Source of the DNA: Girardia tigrina | Lineage: Eukaryota | Assembly: GCA_001938485.1 (NCBI GenBank) | Contig: MQRK01223361.1 | Coordinates: 39,948 to 97,522 of the forward strand | DNA length: 57,575 nt | Reading direction: 5' to 3' | In this document: positions 38,041 to 52,318 of the stretch, in pieces | Layout: the number at the start of each line of letters is the position of its first letter | How positions within the stretch are numbered: the first letter of the stretch is position 1 | Notes under the pieces: generated by a model | What the model was told of the DNA's origin: nothing | What the model saw: only the letters and a program-made list of their open reading frames with translations | Databases searched by the model: none | Position numbers and translations under genes: made by a program

Positions 38041-38157
38041 TGTTAAGAGAACTCACACATTTGTCAGAACATTTATTATACTCACAATTTTTATCATCTT
38101 TATGATGATCAACAGTAAGGCTTTCACTAGATTCCATCAATCAATTTTTCAATATCT
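38041..38157 (+). repeat. Dispersed repeat starting TGTTAAGAGAACTCACACATTTG (copies at 45548-45660 + and 14990-15078 -), probably LTR-derived
   Basis: Three alignable copies of about 100 bp sharing one boundary. Confidence 0.65.
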
Positions 38158-40562
38158 NNNNNNNNNNNNNNNNNNNNNNNNNNNNNNNNNNNNNNNNNNN
38201 NNNNNNNNNNNNNNNNNNNNNNNNNNNNNNNNNNNNNNNNNNNNNNNNNNNNNNNNNNNNNNNNNNNNNNNNNNNNNNNNNNNNNNNNNNNNNNNNNNNN
38301 NNNNNNNNNNNNNNNNNNNNNNNNNNNNNNNNNNNNNNNNNNNNNNNNNNNNNNNNNNNNNNNNNNNNNNNNNNNNNNNNNNNNNNNNNNNNNNNNNNNN
38401 NNNNNNNNNNNNNNNNNNNNNNNNNNNNNNNNNNNNNNNNNNNNNNNNNNNNNNNNNNNNNNNNNNNNNNNNNNNNNNNNNNNNNNNNNNNNNNNNNNNN
38501 NNNNNNNNNNNNNNNNNNNNNNNNNNNNNNNNNNNNNNNNNNNNNNNNNNNNNNNNNNNNNNNNNNNNNNNNNNNNNNNNNNNNNNNNNNNNNNNNNNNN
38601 NNNNNNNNNNNNGTATAAAATTTCGCACATGTCTAGAAAAAAAATTATTTTCCTCTTTTTAGTGCATTGGTAATGCTTGAAAAACGTGGTTGTTTTTATA
38701 AAAAAAATTTTTTTATTAATAATATTATTAAATTTCTAAATAATAAAAATTGTTTTTCTTTAATATTTTAGAAAAATATTTTTTTTAATAAAAAAATATT
38801 AGTATTTTTGTCATAAGTATTTAGTGTTGTAAGTTTTTATTATCCAATCGGAATTTGGACAGATATTCTGTGTTTGATACAGAACCTCATTTAATTTTGG
38901 ATGTTTAAAATTTGTTCTTTAATGTTCTATCTATTTCATGATGTTCTGTTAAGAATGAAGCGTCGTGAGATATATAATTAAATGAGAAATTATCATGTAA
39001 AATTGAATTGTTTTAAAATATTTTATTTAAAAATATATTTTTTTGAAATATTGTTGCCGAATAGACAGTATAATACAGTATAATTTTTATATGTATTTAC
39101 GACTTTTTTACATAATTATGCAAATAATATCTAATTAAAAAACTGAATTTCGTGAAATAATTTTTTTTGTTGTACTCTATCTCTAGATTTAAATATTAAA
39201 AATTAAAAAAGAAAAATTGGAGAAGTTCTATTGAAAGTAAAGTAGTATTTATATACAATTAAAAACAATTAAAATAACCTAAAATTAAAATAACATAATA
39301 AAAAAAATAATAACATAAAAAATTAATAACATAAAATTAATATAACCTAATTAAAATTAAAACCTAATATATAATCTGAGAAGACTCCAGAATTGCTAAA
39401 TCAAGAGAAATTAAAAAAGAGAATTTTTCATAAAGTGATAATTTTTGTTGATATATTCTATGTTATTCATTGATTATGCGCATGTTATTTCAAAAGCCTT
39501 TTTACGTTGAGTGATAACCGAATGATTCTAAATGCAAAACTGAAATAATCGAAACAAAAAAATTTGATTGAAATAATGTGTAAGTTAATTGAAGAGGGCC
39601 TTATATAAGACAGGATAACGATCCCCATAACAGTGGTGATTATAGGTGTGAGATATTATAAAATTAAATTTAAATTAAATAAATAAAATAAATACATAAT
39701 AAACAAATTTAGAATATTTCTAAATTTGTATTATATAACTATTAAGGGGTCGAGAGCAGAGTTAACCTTTGACTCTCCTCTTATTCGGTATATAACTGAT
39801 GTATGTGTGTTTGTGATTTAGTTTATTAAATATATTTTAGTGCAGATCTTTTGTCTTCTAACAATGGGTAAACTGTAGACTGATATTTTCATTTTTTACA
39901 TTACATTCTCTCACTTTACACAGAAAATATTTTCACGTTTGCTACTTTGTTTTTCAGATGTTTTTTTTCAAATATACTTTGGAATTAGTAAAAAAATATT
40001 ATTTTACTTTTGATAAATTGAAATTTTCCAGAATAATTTTAGATCTATTTAAAGGACAAAACAATCGTCTCCATCAAACATAAAAATCATTGACAACTTT
40101 AGAAAAAGTTGATAGCCATTTCAAAATGAAACGAAAATATTAAAAAAAAATTGTAAGTAAATTTTATTTTTATTTAAAGATTAATAAAAAAGAAAATTAA
40201 GAAATTCAAATTGTATTTCTATGATTAACATTGTGGCCCTGACCGAAGTTCTTCTTCTCTAAACACAACCTTAAGACATACTCTCATTCAAACATCCTTG
40301 AGTAATGAAAGACAACAACGAAATAAATTTTATTTTGAATATTTTTGATAATTAAAAAAACAAAAGGTTCGAACATTTTACCGTTCCAAATGAACACGAG
40401 GTCAAATAATAATAAGGTTACTAAAACTATGATGATAATTAGAAGTTTGTCAATTTTGATAAATTAATAACTAAAATAAAATATTTTTCGCCTCATTTTA
40501 TTCAAAAAATATAAATAAATTGGTAATAGCAACTTCTCATGAATACAAAAATAAGAACTAAC

Positions 40563-40647
40563 CGAACTCTGAAAAATAGGAATGATGTGCGATGGATCTG
40601 AGAAAGGTTTCGTTGAATTCAAAAGAAGTCGGATTAAACTGCATAAT
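40563..40647 (-). CDS. MTMR9: MTMR9-like exon
   Basis: IMQFNPTSFEFNETFLRSIAHHSYFSEF(G). Confidence 0.92.
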
Positions 40648-41381
40648 CTACAAATTACATTTAATAAGTAAATTTTATATAAATGAACTTCGATTATTTA
40701 CACATGAAGACGGATTTGGTATATTTAGTTCGTGGTTTAAGATTGAATTATCGTTTATGAAGAAATACGAAGAAAGTGTAAGAAATATGTTCATCTTCTC
40801 ATTTTAATGGAATATCTCAATAACTAATTTTTTATTTAATCAATTCTCATCATTTAATGAGTCACTTATTTATATCAAGCAGTTAATAACAAATTTGGAC
40901 TTACAAAACCGAAATCCTCTAATATTATACATTTAAAGTGAATATGGATTTCTGGGGTTAATTAGGTATAACTATCACTTACAACAACCTTTCCTCTACT
41001 TAATTATCAGTACTTCTATCCTCACAGTAGTTAATCCTTCTTTCTGAAGTTCTTTATGACTGGATCTTATTTAGCTGTGACTTACCAACAAGTTAAGACA
41101 AATTGAAATGTAGCAGTTCATAATACAAATGAAAATAACATAAATATTTTACAAAAAATGTTTTTTAATCATCTCAATCGAGAGATTATTTATAACTTGC
41201 AAAATTATTTGTTCAAATCGTTAAATAACACCTAGTGCAAAATAGTCATTATTATTACATTCAATTACATTCGCACATTGAATTATGATAATATGGAAAA
41301 TTAATGTGAAATCTAATCACCACAACAATTTCCCCCTTCAAAAAGCTGCTTTGGCATTTAACTATCTAAAGAGCAACCCGA

Positions 41382-42330
41382 TTGGCCTCCAATAAATAAT
41401 TATAAAAAATAACGAAACAACGAGTAAACTCATTATGATCATCTGATTGAGTAGTAAATTATATTTAAAAATTATCAAATATTATATTGAAAAATAATAA
41501 AAAATATATTTAAAAATTATAAAATATTAAAAAAATTTTACATTTTTTTAAAAATTAAAATAAGTTATTAAATATTATTTAAAAAATAACAGAATTAAAT
41601 ATTGTACAAAAATGAGTGCCCAAAACACGTTTAAAGTTAATTTTTTGTATTAATCTAAATTCTTAAACAGTTGGGGACCCATCAACAAATACACCTAAAA
41701 TATTAGATGAAATAAATTATTATAAAAAATAAATGAAATGATTACTTTTAAAAAAATCAAAAATATAAAAAAATTTATTTAATTTTTCAATTTTTTTAAA
41801 TTTTATTTTTGTAATTTAAATTTTTTTATTTAATCATTATACTATTAGGTTGTTCGATATGAAACGAATACTATTAATTGCAATTGTAAGTAGTCGATAA
41901 ATAATAATTATTAATATTTTTATTAATATGTATAGGTAGATATTATATAGTTTTTAGTAAATATTTTATAATTTTTAAAAAATTCTTAAATTTAGTTTCG
42001 AAAAATTCCTTTATTTTAATTTTTAAATATATTTTTAATAATTTATTTTAATTTAAATCTAGAAAATTATTTTGAATTTTTAAATATTTTTATATTTTTT
42101 CGATTAATAATTAGTAATTTGAAAATATAATTTACGACTCGATCAGATGATCGTAATGGGGTTTCTTGTTGTTTCGTTATTGAATTTTGAACGAATTTCG
42201 GAAATCCGAAATAAAACCGACAGATTTAAATCGTCAATTGAAAATATTTAACCGATTAAAAATTGAGCGTGCCTGAATATTATTTATACGAAATGATTAA
42301 ATTTTGATTTATTTATTTATTGGAGGCCAA
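41382..42330. mobile_element. Foldback-like element with long imperfect inverted repeats
   Basis: ttggcctccaataaataa / ttatttattggaggccaa, plus 41408-41475 inverted at 42115-42182. Confidence 0.65.
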
Positions 42331-42935
42331 ACGTCATGTACCGAACTATTTAAATTAGCGAAACAATTGTTAGAAAATTTTCTACAAAATGTTTTTCAAA
42401 ATGTTAATTTTTAATAAGTCAATATTTAAAAACAATAATTTTTTGAGTTCTCTTTTTTAAAAGAATCACGATTTTGCTATGGGGTTCACGTCAGGGCTTT
42501 GCGGGAGCCATTTTAGAACTGTCCATTCTTGTTTATCCGTTCTTTAACCTTACGTTTCTGGCAAAAAAACCACATCATCCTTCAAAACACAAAACCTGTT
42601 AGCCTCACTAAACAATTCGGCCATTTAAGAAGTTGCTTGTGTCAGTAAAGCACTTTACGTTTCAGCATTACATATATCTCATTGTCTGTTAAATGAAATA
42701 CGACCAATACTAAAGAATTACTGAAGATTTGAACATTAAAATCAGGCTAGGAATCTGATAATTCATGTTTATGATCGACTTTGAACGGATTTTTTATTTG
42801 TATTCATTTTATATTTAAGCAGATAGATTTTGTCATTAGATTATTAGACCACTATATTTTTATTTTTAAGTTAAACAATTAATAAAAAAATTGAGTGCAT
42901 TGATAAAATAAAATAATTAACTAGTGAAAGATTAC

Positions 42936-43092
42936 CTGCCAAACACAATCAAGGAATAGTAAGAACACGGGACTCTCTACCTCACTGTTGGTATTACCAT
43001 TTGTAACCTTGCTCGATAGTGTCTGACGTCTACACCGATCATAGAATGGATGTCCAGCTTGTATCCATTCTCGATCTACAAGAGCCTCAAAC
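42936..43092 (-). CDS. MTMR9: MTMR9-like exon
   Basis: FEALVDREWIQAGHPFYDRC...ESPVFLLFLDCVWQ with canonical splice sites. Confidence 0.95.
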
Positions 43093-43439
43093 CTAATAAA
43101 AAAGTCATAACTTTTCTCAGTAAAACATGTGACGAATTGATTTTAATATATTTCGTATAATTTTAGTCTCTGGATCGTTCTTGAACCCTTGTCAAAGATT
43201 TCGAAAAATAAAAACATTATAAAAAATTTTAGTAATAGACAAAAATTACAATGACTTATATTAACAATAATAAAATAATAAATAATAAAAATAATAATAA
43301 ATATACATCATATACATAATAATAAAGCACATCAAACTCTTGGTCAATTGAAGTTTGAGATCTATGGAATAAACATGCAGTTCATTAGCTTCTTTAATAA
43401 AACGTTCATTGAAAACGCATTTACTGTAACAAAAAAGTA

Positions 43440-44320
43440 GCGAGGTGTAAATTTAGACGAGGATATACGATATGAGATGAATAAAGTTTTCTGCAAAAAA
43501 ATATTGTGAGATCGAAGCTAAAAGGCCGACGAATGTATGAAGAAGATCGAACTACTATGTGGTGGAGAGTAAGCACAATTTCAGAAAGGGGTAGCGTGTA
43601 ACAATGAATAATGTACAATTAAAGAAGAATTTGTGGTGTTTGTGGAGAGATACCTATAATTATCCAGTTATAACTATTTAGCCTTTATAAAAAGGAACTG
43701 AAGTCGTTATCAGTGACACTTTTCAGCTACTAAAGAAGACTCTGAAGATGTTTGTATGTTCTAAAAAGCGACACTTTCAGCAATATATTTTGTGATGCGA
43801 TTAGAATAGCGATTGACCGTTTTTATAGAAATCTAAAGGAATATTGTAGAAGATGAATATTGGATGAAACGTGAGATTGAAGACATACATATAAATGATT
43901 TTGAATGCGGTTCTGGGGACAGTAAACCTTTCTTTAAAATAGAGAATGTAGGGATTAGAGATTGAAAATGGTTTTTTCATATGTATTTGGATGGATAAGT
44001 ATTGTTTTAGAGTCAAAATGATAAAAATGACCGAAACAAGTGAATTGCTAGACAGGAGACAAGGCGATTATAATGTGAATTGGAAATCCACTTAGGTACC
44101 ATGAGATGTGTTGACGAGAGTAAGTAACTCATGTATGACCAGATGTTAGAGAAGTCGTAATGATGCTGATCGAAAAGAAGTTTACGAAATTGGAAATTCA
44201 TTTGAAGCAATTAAAACATCATATTGGAAGTGAATGAAGCTACGACATTTTAATTCGACCAGGATTTTATGTTAAAAAGGGATACAATATTGCGATAAAT
44301 ATCGATCGATAGACTCATTA
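43440..44320 (+). mobile_element. Heavily decayed Gypsy RT-like relic
   Basis: Purine-rich pol-like sequence with degenerate RT motifs and no intact ORF. Confidence 0.35.
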
Positions 44321-44617
44321 TGCTAGGTCGTTTTATCATACTCAAACTTAAAAGATTTTAAATTTACATTCAAAAATATCATTCAAACGACATTTAGTAG
44401 ATATCTCTTGTATATGATATCATCATTATTTGGACTCTCAGATCTGTTATTAATAATTAGAAAGATAGGAATGTTTTATTAATTCTGATGAGTCAATTTT
44501 TGAATAATTTCCAATATGATAAAGTATACTTTTATTAAGCATGTCTTAAAAGTTTTCCATATGTGAGTTACTTATGAATCAATTACTTTACGTATAACTT
44601 TTATTTTGAAAATTACG

Positions 44618-44665
<48 letters not shown>

Positions 44666-44874
44666 GCTTAAGAATTTACATTGGTGCATGTTTTATATTT
44701 ATATTTAGAATATTCGAAACACATAAATCACAAAATTCCAATTAATAACAGCTATACAATATATATTTCACATTAACTAAATCAATAGATATTATCATGC
44801 AATATTAAAAATTTAAATTTTTATTATAAATTCATTTAAAAAAAATATTTGTATAAAATATAATCTATAACATT

Positions 44875-44939
44875 ATTCAACACAAAAAATGAATTTTTAT
44901 GCATTAAACCACTGTTATTTGATGGTTATACTAAGTAGA

Positions 44940-44976
<37 letters not shown>

Positions 44977-45380
44977 TGATTTTGATTGTAATTTATAACA
45001 AAATCATGGCTTCGAGCAGAAGATTCTGTAAAAATAACCCAACGTTTTCTGCTATATCTACGGTGAATATATCATGACTGCCAACAAGAATAAAGCTACC
45101 AGTTTCATGAAACGCGCTTAACAAGATTACTTTGGGATTAAACTTGGTGACGAAGATAAAGCTTGGGCACTGCACGTGGTATGCAAGACGTGCTCAGAGT
45201 ATCTTCGTCATTGGACGAAGGGCACAAGGACTTCTATTAAGTTTGGAATTCACACAGTTATTAATTATTAATCAAGAATCAGATTTAGTTTTCAAAAAAA
45301 TTAAAAATCATAACATGCATCTTATATAGGATCTTATATCTAGTAATAGCATTTTTGCACGTAAAAATATCCAGATCAAT
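44875..45380 (+). mobile_element. Chapaev3-like (CMC) transposon fragment
   Basis: MASSRRFCKNNP.(F)CYI.GEY...YFGIKLGDEDKAWALHVVCKTC zinc-binding N-terminus, frameshifted. Confidence 0.8.
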
Positions 45381-46744
45381 GATTACAATAAAAATGACCA
45401 TCATTAAATGAACAGTAGAGTAAATAAAACATAAAAATTAATTCTTCCTGTGACAACCATGGTTGCTAATGAGTTAATTGAAAAAAAGTAAATTTCTGCC
45501 TTTAAAAAAGTAATGTTAGTTGGTTTACTGAATTAATTTCAATAAAGTTAAGAGAACTCACACATTTGATAGAACATTTATAACATTCACAATTTTGATC
45601 ATCTTTATGACAATCAATAATATTGCTCGCACTTAAATGCATCACTCAATTTTTTAATATTTCTAATTATAATCTGAACTAACTTGAAGAAAATTATTTT
45701 ATTTAAAATATTTAATTTAAATTTTATTAGCTAAAATAAAAATACTTCTTATAATCATTTTTAAACATTAATTTGATTATAATTATTTAAAAATTTACAA
45801 AAATAAAATCAATAAAATTATTTAAAATTTAAAATAATAAAAATTAAAAATTTGAATATTAAATCTAAATTTAAATAAATTAGTTTCAGATTATAAGAAT
45901 TAAAATATTAATCATCCATCTGATTAGGAGTGGCACAATCCCAAATCAACACACAACATTTAAACATGCAAACACTATACAAAAACATCAAACATTCAAA
46001 TATTCCTCACAAACAAAAACATTAATTTCAACAAATGAACTTGAAATTTTTCAAACCCTAACCCATAACAATAACCCTAAACCTAACCCTTTGTTGAAAT
46101 TAATTCTGCATCTCATGTAAGTCTGATGTAAAATTAGAAAAGAAAAATGAATAAAGATCTTCGAATATTAATATCAAGATCCAGATTTCAGGGAAAGTGA
46201 TACTGCTCAGATTCAAATAATTTATAAAGAATGAATTATTTAAAGTTGACAATAGAAAATTTTTTATATTTAATAATTATTGAGAACATTAATGTTTCTG
46301 GTATTTCATTACTATTACAACTTGAATTGTCCTCGGGATAATCATTACCAAGTATGCATCATTTTAGATTGATACGTTAAGAATGTCTTTCCAAACACTG
46401 ACTATTTGAACAATATCCACAATATAATTTTTTAATTAAATATTCCATATATAAAATGTTATCATTATTTTGAAATTAAGATTATATTAAAAATTCCATT
46501 CTCATTTTGAAATGATTTTTAATTCAGTAACTTAAGATTTACAATTTGATCAATATGGTCAAAGTAGTCCATACATCAAAAACACTCAAAATAACTATTT
46601 TCTATCTGGGTAAAAGAGACAATCCCGAAATAACATATCGAATACAACTTACAATAAACACCATTAGAAAATATTCCTCCCATAACTAAAATAAATTAGT
46701 TATTTTGATAATCAATATGTAATACATGATAAATACAAAATTAC

Positions 46745-46973
46745 CCTTGAATTGTCCTAGCATCGGAATGAAGGATCACTTGAACGAGAGATGTAACAAC
46801 CAACTCAAAATCGAAACCGGTGTCACCAACCACAATATAATTGCCTGAGTTAGACATAATATTATGAGCCACAAATCTACTAATAATAAGCATCTGTCGA
46901 ACTCTATCCAACCATTGACTACTTTCCAATTTACCCAAATAACGATCCATATTTGTTGATGTGTCGTGACAAG
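46745..46973 (-). CDS. MTMR9: MTMR9-like exon with degenerate catalytic loop
   Basis: ACHDTSTNMDRYLGKLESSQWL...IVVGDTGFDFELVVTSLVQVILHSDARTIQG. Lacks the Cys and Arg of HCSDGWDR, as MTMR9 does. Confidence 0.92.
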
Positions 46974-47023
46974 CTGGAAATATACTCTCAAAATATTTTT
47001 AATTTCTATAAAACCAATTTCAC

Positions 47024-47116
47024 CTTCAATAAATTTCTGAAAACTGGCTTGCAGTGCATCAATTTTTTCCAAATAAAACACGCCATGTTTCAGAATGCGA
47101 CCCTCCAGAGGAATAT
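47024..47116 (-). CDS. MTMR9: MTMR9-like exon
   Basis: 93 nt, phase 1 to 1: IPLEGRILKHGVFYLEKIDALQASFQKFIE, similar to LQESLIKLVE. Confidence 0.75.
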
Positions 47117-47474
47117 CTAATGAATAATGTGTTGAATTTTATACAAAAAATATTTGAATACCATTGTTAAGTTAGTATTATTATATTGGATTTGGAAATA
47201 AAATAGCACAGTTATTTTAATTGTTGGAGAAGGTACATGATAAAGTCTTTGAACTCGTATATAAATAACATTAATAAATTAATGAAACTTAATGAAGAAA
47301 ATTTATACATAGATAAATAATTTCAAATTTGTTTCATTTTGTGTGAGCTTTTATTAAATTATCTGTTGCGGTTTTTTCGAAAAATGTTCTAGCCAGTCGA
47401 ATTTAGGTGTGATAATTGTTTTCTGTCTGTGAGTATGACTGAGAAGAATGAGATCGTGCGCCAGCTGTAAGAAA

Positions 47475-47709
47475 CTGATCTAGGACATAAATCCCCTGGA
47501 CATAAACCCCCTATGACAAAACCCCCCACAGAAAATCGATTAATTTGAATATTTTTTTTATATTTCTCTATGTACTGTGCATCGCCATCAGTAAATGGAC
47601 ACATAAACTTAATCTAACCCTAAACTAGCTCTAACCGACAAGGGGGTTTTTGTCCAAGGGGGTTTATGTCCGGGGGATTTTTGTCCAGAGGGTTTATGTC
47701 CTGTTACCG
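47475..47709. mobile_element. MITE with tandem subterminal GGACATAAACCCCC repeats
   Basis: Three units on the left and about four inverted units on the right, with an internal CTAACCCTAA motif. Confidence 0.85.
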
Positions 47710-48431
47710 TAATAAACATATAAGGAAGTTAAACACCACATACAACTGGATTATGTAGTTATCTTCTAACATGAGCAGTATGTTTGATGAAGAAAGTAGA
47801 CGATCGCAATAAATTGCAAAGGGAAATTTAGAGATTTGAATATTTTTTGTGAAATATTTGTTATTTTCATTTGTATTATGCACTGCTATATGTAAATTTG
47901 TCTTAACTTGTTGGTAAGTCACAGCTAAATAAGATCCAGTCATAAAAAATGAATGAATTCAAACTTCAATGAATGGAGCTTTTAAATTAAATGACTAGGT
48001 CGTAGGTGCAAGTTGTAGGTGCGCTGGAGTAGTATCAAACTTGCGGTCAATAGGGCTGGGTACCACTGCGAAAAATAAAATTAGAAAAGTATGCCACCAG
48101 ACAATATGTTACAAGATTTCGGATCTTCATGAATGGTAAAAAAAGCGAGTTATATAGAAAGTAATATGGTATACCGCAATATGCTATTTAAATTTATAGT
48201 GCAATAATGATATTAGAATAATGTTGGATCATTAGATTTCCCCCTGGTTTAGTGGAATCACTTGACAGGGTGATATTTGATACAGATACAGTTAATACCG
48301 ATATAGTTAATATCGACAATCAATCCTGGTGACATTTATACCAGCTCAAGCTAATCCATGTAGCAACACAAGGTTTGCAAACATCTGTGGTATTTCAAAA
48401 TTGCGATCGATAGGTGCTGATGACAATATGT

Positions 48432-49475
48432 TGTTTTCCTACTTGATGTAGGAGGAAAGATCATGGCCCGAATCATTGCAGATAGATTACTGCCACATCT
48501 CGAAAGGATACTGGACGACTGGCAATTTGGTTTCAGACCAAACAGAAGCACAGCGCACGCGATTGGTATCTTACGAAAGATACAAGAAGAGGCCAGATAC
48601 CGGAACATAAACGTATTTGCTATTTTTATCGACCTTGAAAAGGCATTTGACAGTGTACTCAGGAAAGTTCTCTGGGATTGCCTTCAAGGAATTGGAATAC
48701 AAAATTGGATGCTAAGTATCATCATGAAATTTCATGAAGGTTTCACGGGAAGTATTGGAAAGGATAAACTCAGTATGGACAAAGGAGTCCGTCAGGGTTG
48801 CGTATTGGGTCCTCTACTATTCAACCTTGTCTTTGATCATGCAATTAAGACCGCGATCAAAGAAGGACTATCAGGTGGTGTGAAACTAAAATACAATGGG
48901 GAAGATCTGATCGTGAATAGACTTGCTTATGCAGACGACCTGTGCTTTATGGACGAAGACTATGGAAATATCGAACGGAATCTCACGTGTCTCAACACTG
49001 TTTTCTTGAATATGGGGCTCAAAATCAACATTGGGAAAACAAAGAATGAATGTCAATGGAGCGAAGTACATTGCGGCAAGAGACGAGCTGAATGTCGGAA
49101 TAGAATGGGTGGACGAATTCTGCTACCTGGGTTCGATAATTGAAAGTGGAGGAAGCTCAGGTACGGACATCAAAGCCAGAATTCAGAAAGGAGCAGCGAA
49201 ATTACGGACGATCAGACCAGCGTTGAAGAACAACAAATTGTCTCTCCGGAATAAGAAGAACATAATTAGCAGCTGTGTATTCCCGGTGGTTTACTACAGC
49301 TGTGAAAATTGGAGGACAAAGGAAGTGCACGTGAAAAAGCTGAAAGCATTTCACAATCTATGTACTCGGTGAACTTTGGGGATTTCGAAAGCCGAAAGGA
49401 TCAGGATGGATGAGATATCAATTGGACTGCAAAGCCCAATGGATATCATCGAACGGAGAAGAATCGCTTATAGCT
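48432..49475 (+). mobile_element. RTE-like LINE reverse transcriptase fragment
   Basis: QFGFRPNRST, FIDLEKAFDSV, GVRQGCVLGPLLF, LAYADD, FCYLGS, YSCENW; one frameshift. Confidence 0.93.
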
Positions 49476-50304
49476 AAATGAGCTTGAAAAATACTTTGTT
49501 GCTTCATGAATATGCTCCGAATTTCTCTGTCACGACTGTGTATTCCTTCGTCATTAGGATAAAGTCTCTTGGATTAATTATGGTCGAATATAATAGAAAT
49601 ACTTATTTGTTGTAAAATAATGTTAAAATAGAAGATTTATTTTAACCATTTAATATTTTTTTTATTGCGGTCATCTTAATCTATTGAACATTAGGTTCAT
49701 ATATTTGTTTTTGTCAACGATTCTTCGCTTATTTTTCATAAATGCATTATTCATACAATCATGATCGTTATTTCAACAATCCTTAGTTTCGCTATTACTA
49801 TTTAACTTCGCTTTAGATGTTTTATATCAAATCTCTGATGATTTACACAATTGAATTTTTACTATTCTTTGATGTTATGTGACTTTTAAATGGAAAGCAT
49901 CAATCAATATATCTGAGTAAGAGTCACCATTTGATAACAACAGACAACATTCAACAAACAGAAAAAAAATTATTAACAGCAATCTCTCTCAGTTTCAACT
50001 CATTTCTTAACCCTGAACCGATACAGTACATTTTCTGGCGTAAGTACTACTGTTGTTATAGAATACTGCTAAATAATAGTTTATAATTTAATTTATTAAT
50101 GCAAAGAACGGGGCTTGATGAAAAGATACTTAAATTGAAAATCTCAAAGATATACTATTCTAAGAAAGCACACCACTTGACATTCCGATATGACATGACA
50201 TACCACGTTTAACAGTTGCTGGTTAAATCCTTCCAAATACTTCAAAAACGGTTATTATACCATGATATGAACAATAATCTACTGTATTTTTTCACTATTT
50301 AGAA

Positions 50305-50374
50305 CAGAGGGGGCCAACTGAAATGATCTTACGGGACACATTGCAAAACTATCATAACTCCGCGGGTCGCATTT

Positions 50375-50424
<50 letters not shown>

Positions 50425-50474
50425 NNNNNNNNNNNNNNNNNNNNNNNNNNNNNNNNNNNNNNNNNNNNNNNNNN

Positions 50475-50508
<34 letters not shown>

Positions 50509-51072
50509 TATAAGATTTTAACCAACTATAGATATTTTTTGGAGAAAATGAAACATAATGAGTTATTATTATTGTGTTTAATAATATTCCTACACATTAA
50601 CATTGATTAACATAATATAATAATAATAATAAATGTACATGGTAAAAAATATATAAATATAAATAAAATAAATAAATGCAGTCATTAAACATTTATTTTA
50701 CTAGTGCGATATTTGTTTCTCAATTCTTCTACTTAGCTCTTGCAAATTGATTTCTAATTTGGTATTTGCACACCGTATTTATACTTGAATGTTAGTGTAT
50801 GTTATGTTTGATCGTGTTTTGTGTGTAGTCATCTTCATTTTCGAACGATTCGCAGGTGTAAGTTGAACCAAAAGCGCTAAAAACTTTTTGTGCCAGATTT
50901 CTCAAAGTCGAAAATTTCTCTTTTGTGGCGTATGTATTACATTAATTTATTTTTGATTCTGACGTTTCAAAAATGTGTTTTAAGTCAATATTGCATTGTA
51001 AGTCAACCATATATTTTGTAAAAGTGTGATGGATCTCACGGGCCACATGTGGCCCGCGGGTTGACCAAGCTG
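50305..51072 (-). mobile_element. hAT (Buster/Charlie-like) deletion derivative
   Basis: CAG...CTG ends, GCGGGCC-type subterminal motifs, TSD atttagaa/atctagaa, dimerisation domain remnant VFSAFGSTYTCES. Confidence 0.85.
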
Positions 51073-52036
51073 ATCTAGAATGATATTGTATTGTTGTATC
51101 ATAATTTTTAATTTACTATGGTATTGTAATTTCTTCTTGCTGTAACTATCCTCAAAACCAGTTTCGATTGTAATCAATGGTCGCCTGTAAAACACGACCT
51201 TGCAAAAAAGCTTAAAATAAATTGTTCTCAAGGTGAAAATTCTGACTTGATAATTAAAAGATTTTTTTTAAATGATGATTAATTCACCATACTAATTGAC
51301 TCCTTTAATTACCTCACTTTTATGAGGATTTAATTAATTTTCTTTTTTGCTGAAAAAGTTTAAAAAATTTAAAAACGTAAAAAATTAAAATTTAAAAACA
51401 TAATTTTTAAAATTTCGTAACAATATTTTAAATTAAATTTTGAAATCAATTTTCGAAATATAAATGAAATAAATTATAATTTAAAAAGTATATAATTTTT
51501 GAAAATAATAATTTTGAGCTATATATAATTTCTTAATATTTAAATTGATTTTAAATTTAAAAGTTTTTAATGTTTTTTTTTAATTTTAAAAGTAAATATA
51601 ATTTTAGAATAAATACGATTAATTTAAAAATCGAATTAAATGTATTTAAATTTTTTTAATTAATCAGGATTTAGAAAAATTAAAAAATTTTATAAAAAAT
51701 AAATATCATCGAATTGACTTTTAAAAGGAAGATGAAAACTTTTAAAATTGGTTTTCAAAAAATTATTTAATTGTGCAATTCATATCTAATAATATTGAAA
51801 TGGTTAACAACTTTTATATAAAAACAAAGAACGCCGCACGTATTGATAAAAGTAATATTAATAAATAGTTAATTATTTGTAAATTAGGAAAAATTAAAAT
51901 TAAATCTGAGATGGATGAGTTAAATATCGGCTTTGAAAGTTTCTGTTTTAATTAAAAAATCGTAGATATAATTTCTTATTTATTGATTCGAATCAAGTGT
52001 TTAATTTTTAAATTTTAATTTTTTTATTATCTTTAC

Positions 52037-52213
52037 AAACCATAACCCTAACCCTTACCCTAAACCTAACCCTACCCTAACTTTAGCCCTAACCATAACC
52101 CTAACTCTAAACATAACCCTTAACATAAACCCTAACCCCTTAACTTAAACTTAACCCTAGCCCTTAAACCTAACCATAAAGCTAACTCTTAACTTAAACC
52201 CTTTCCCTAACCC
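52037..52213. repeat. Degenerate interstitial (CCCTAA)n telomere-like repeat
   Basis: Array of ccctaa/cctaaa/ccataa variants. Confidence 0.85.
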
Positions 52214-52318
52214 GTAAAACGATTTTTGCCACAAAAAATTTAAATTAATTTAACTATCTACTGACAATTGTAAGTAAATAATATGAGCGTTACGCAGATG
52301 AAACATTGGGTTTTTATA

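Noticed and set aside
37925-38730. Near-identical inverted repeat of about 110 bp on both sides of the gap at 38158-38611
   Set aside because: It abuts a scaffold gap, so mis-assembly is as likely as biology; this needs long reads.
46600-46686. Apparent exon LWEEYFLMVFI resembling the myotubularin 'LWEGIFL' motif, and GU-rich TGAGGA...CAGATGGA blocks resembling C/D scaRNAs
   Set aside because: Out of gene order, and the same sequence follows a PPT at about 28341, so these are LTR fragments.
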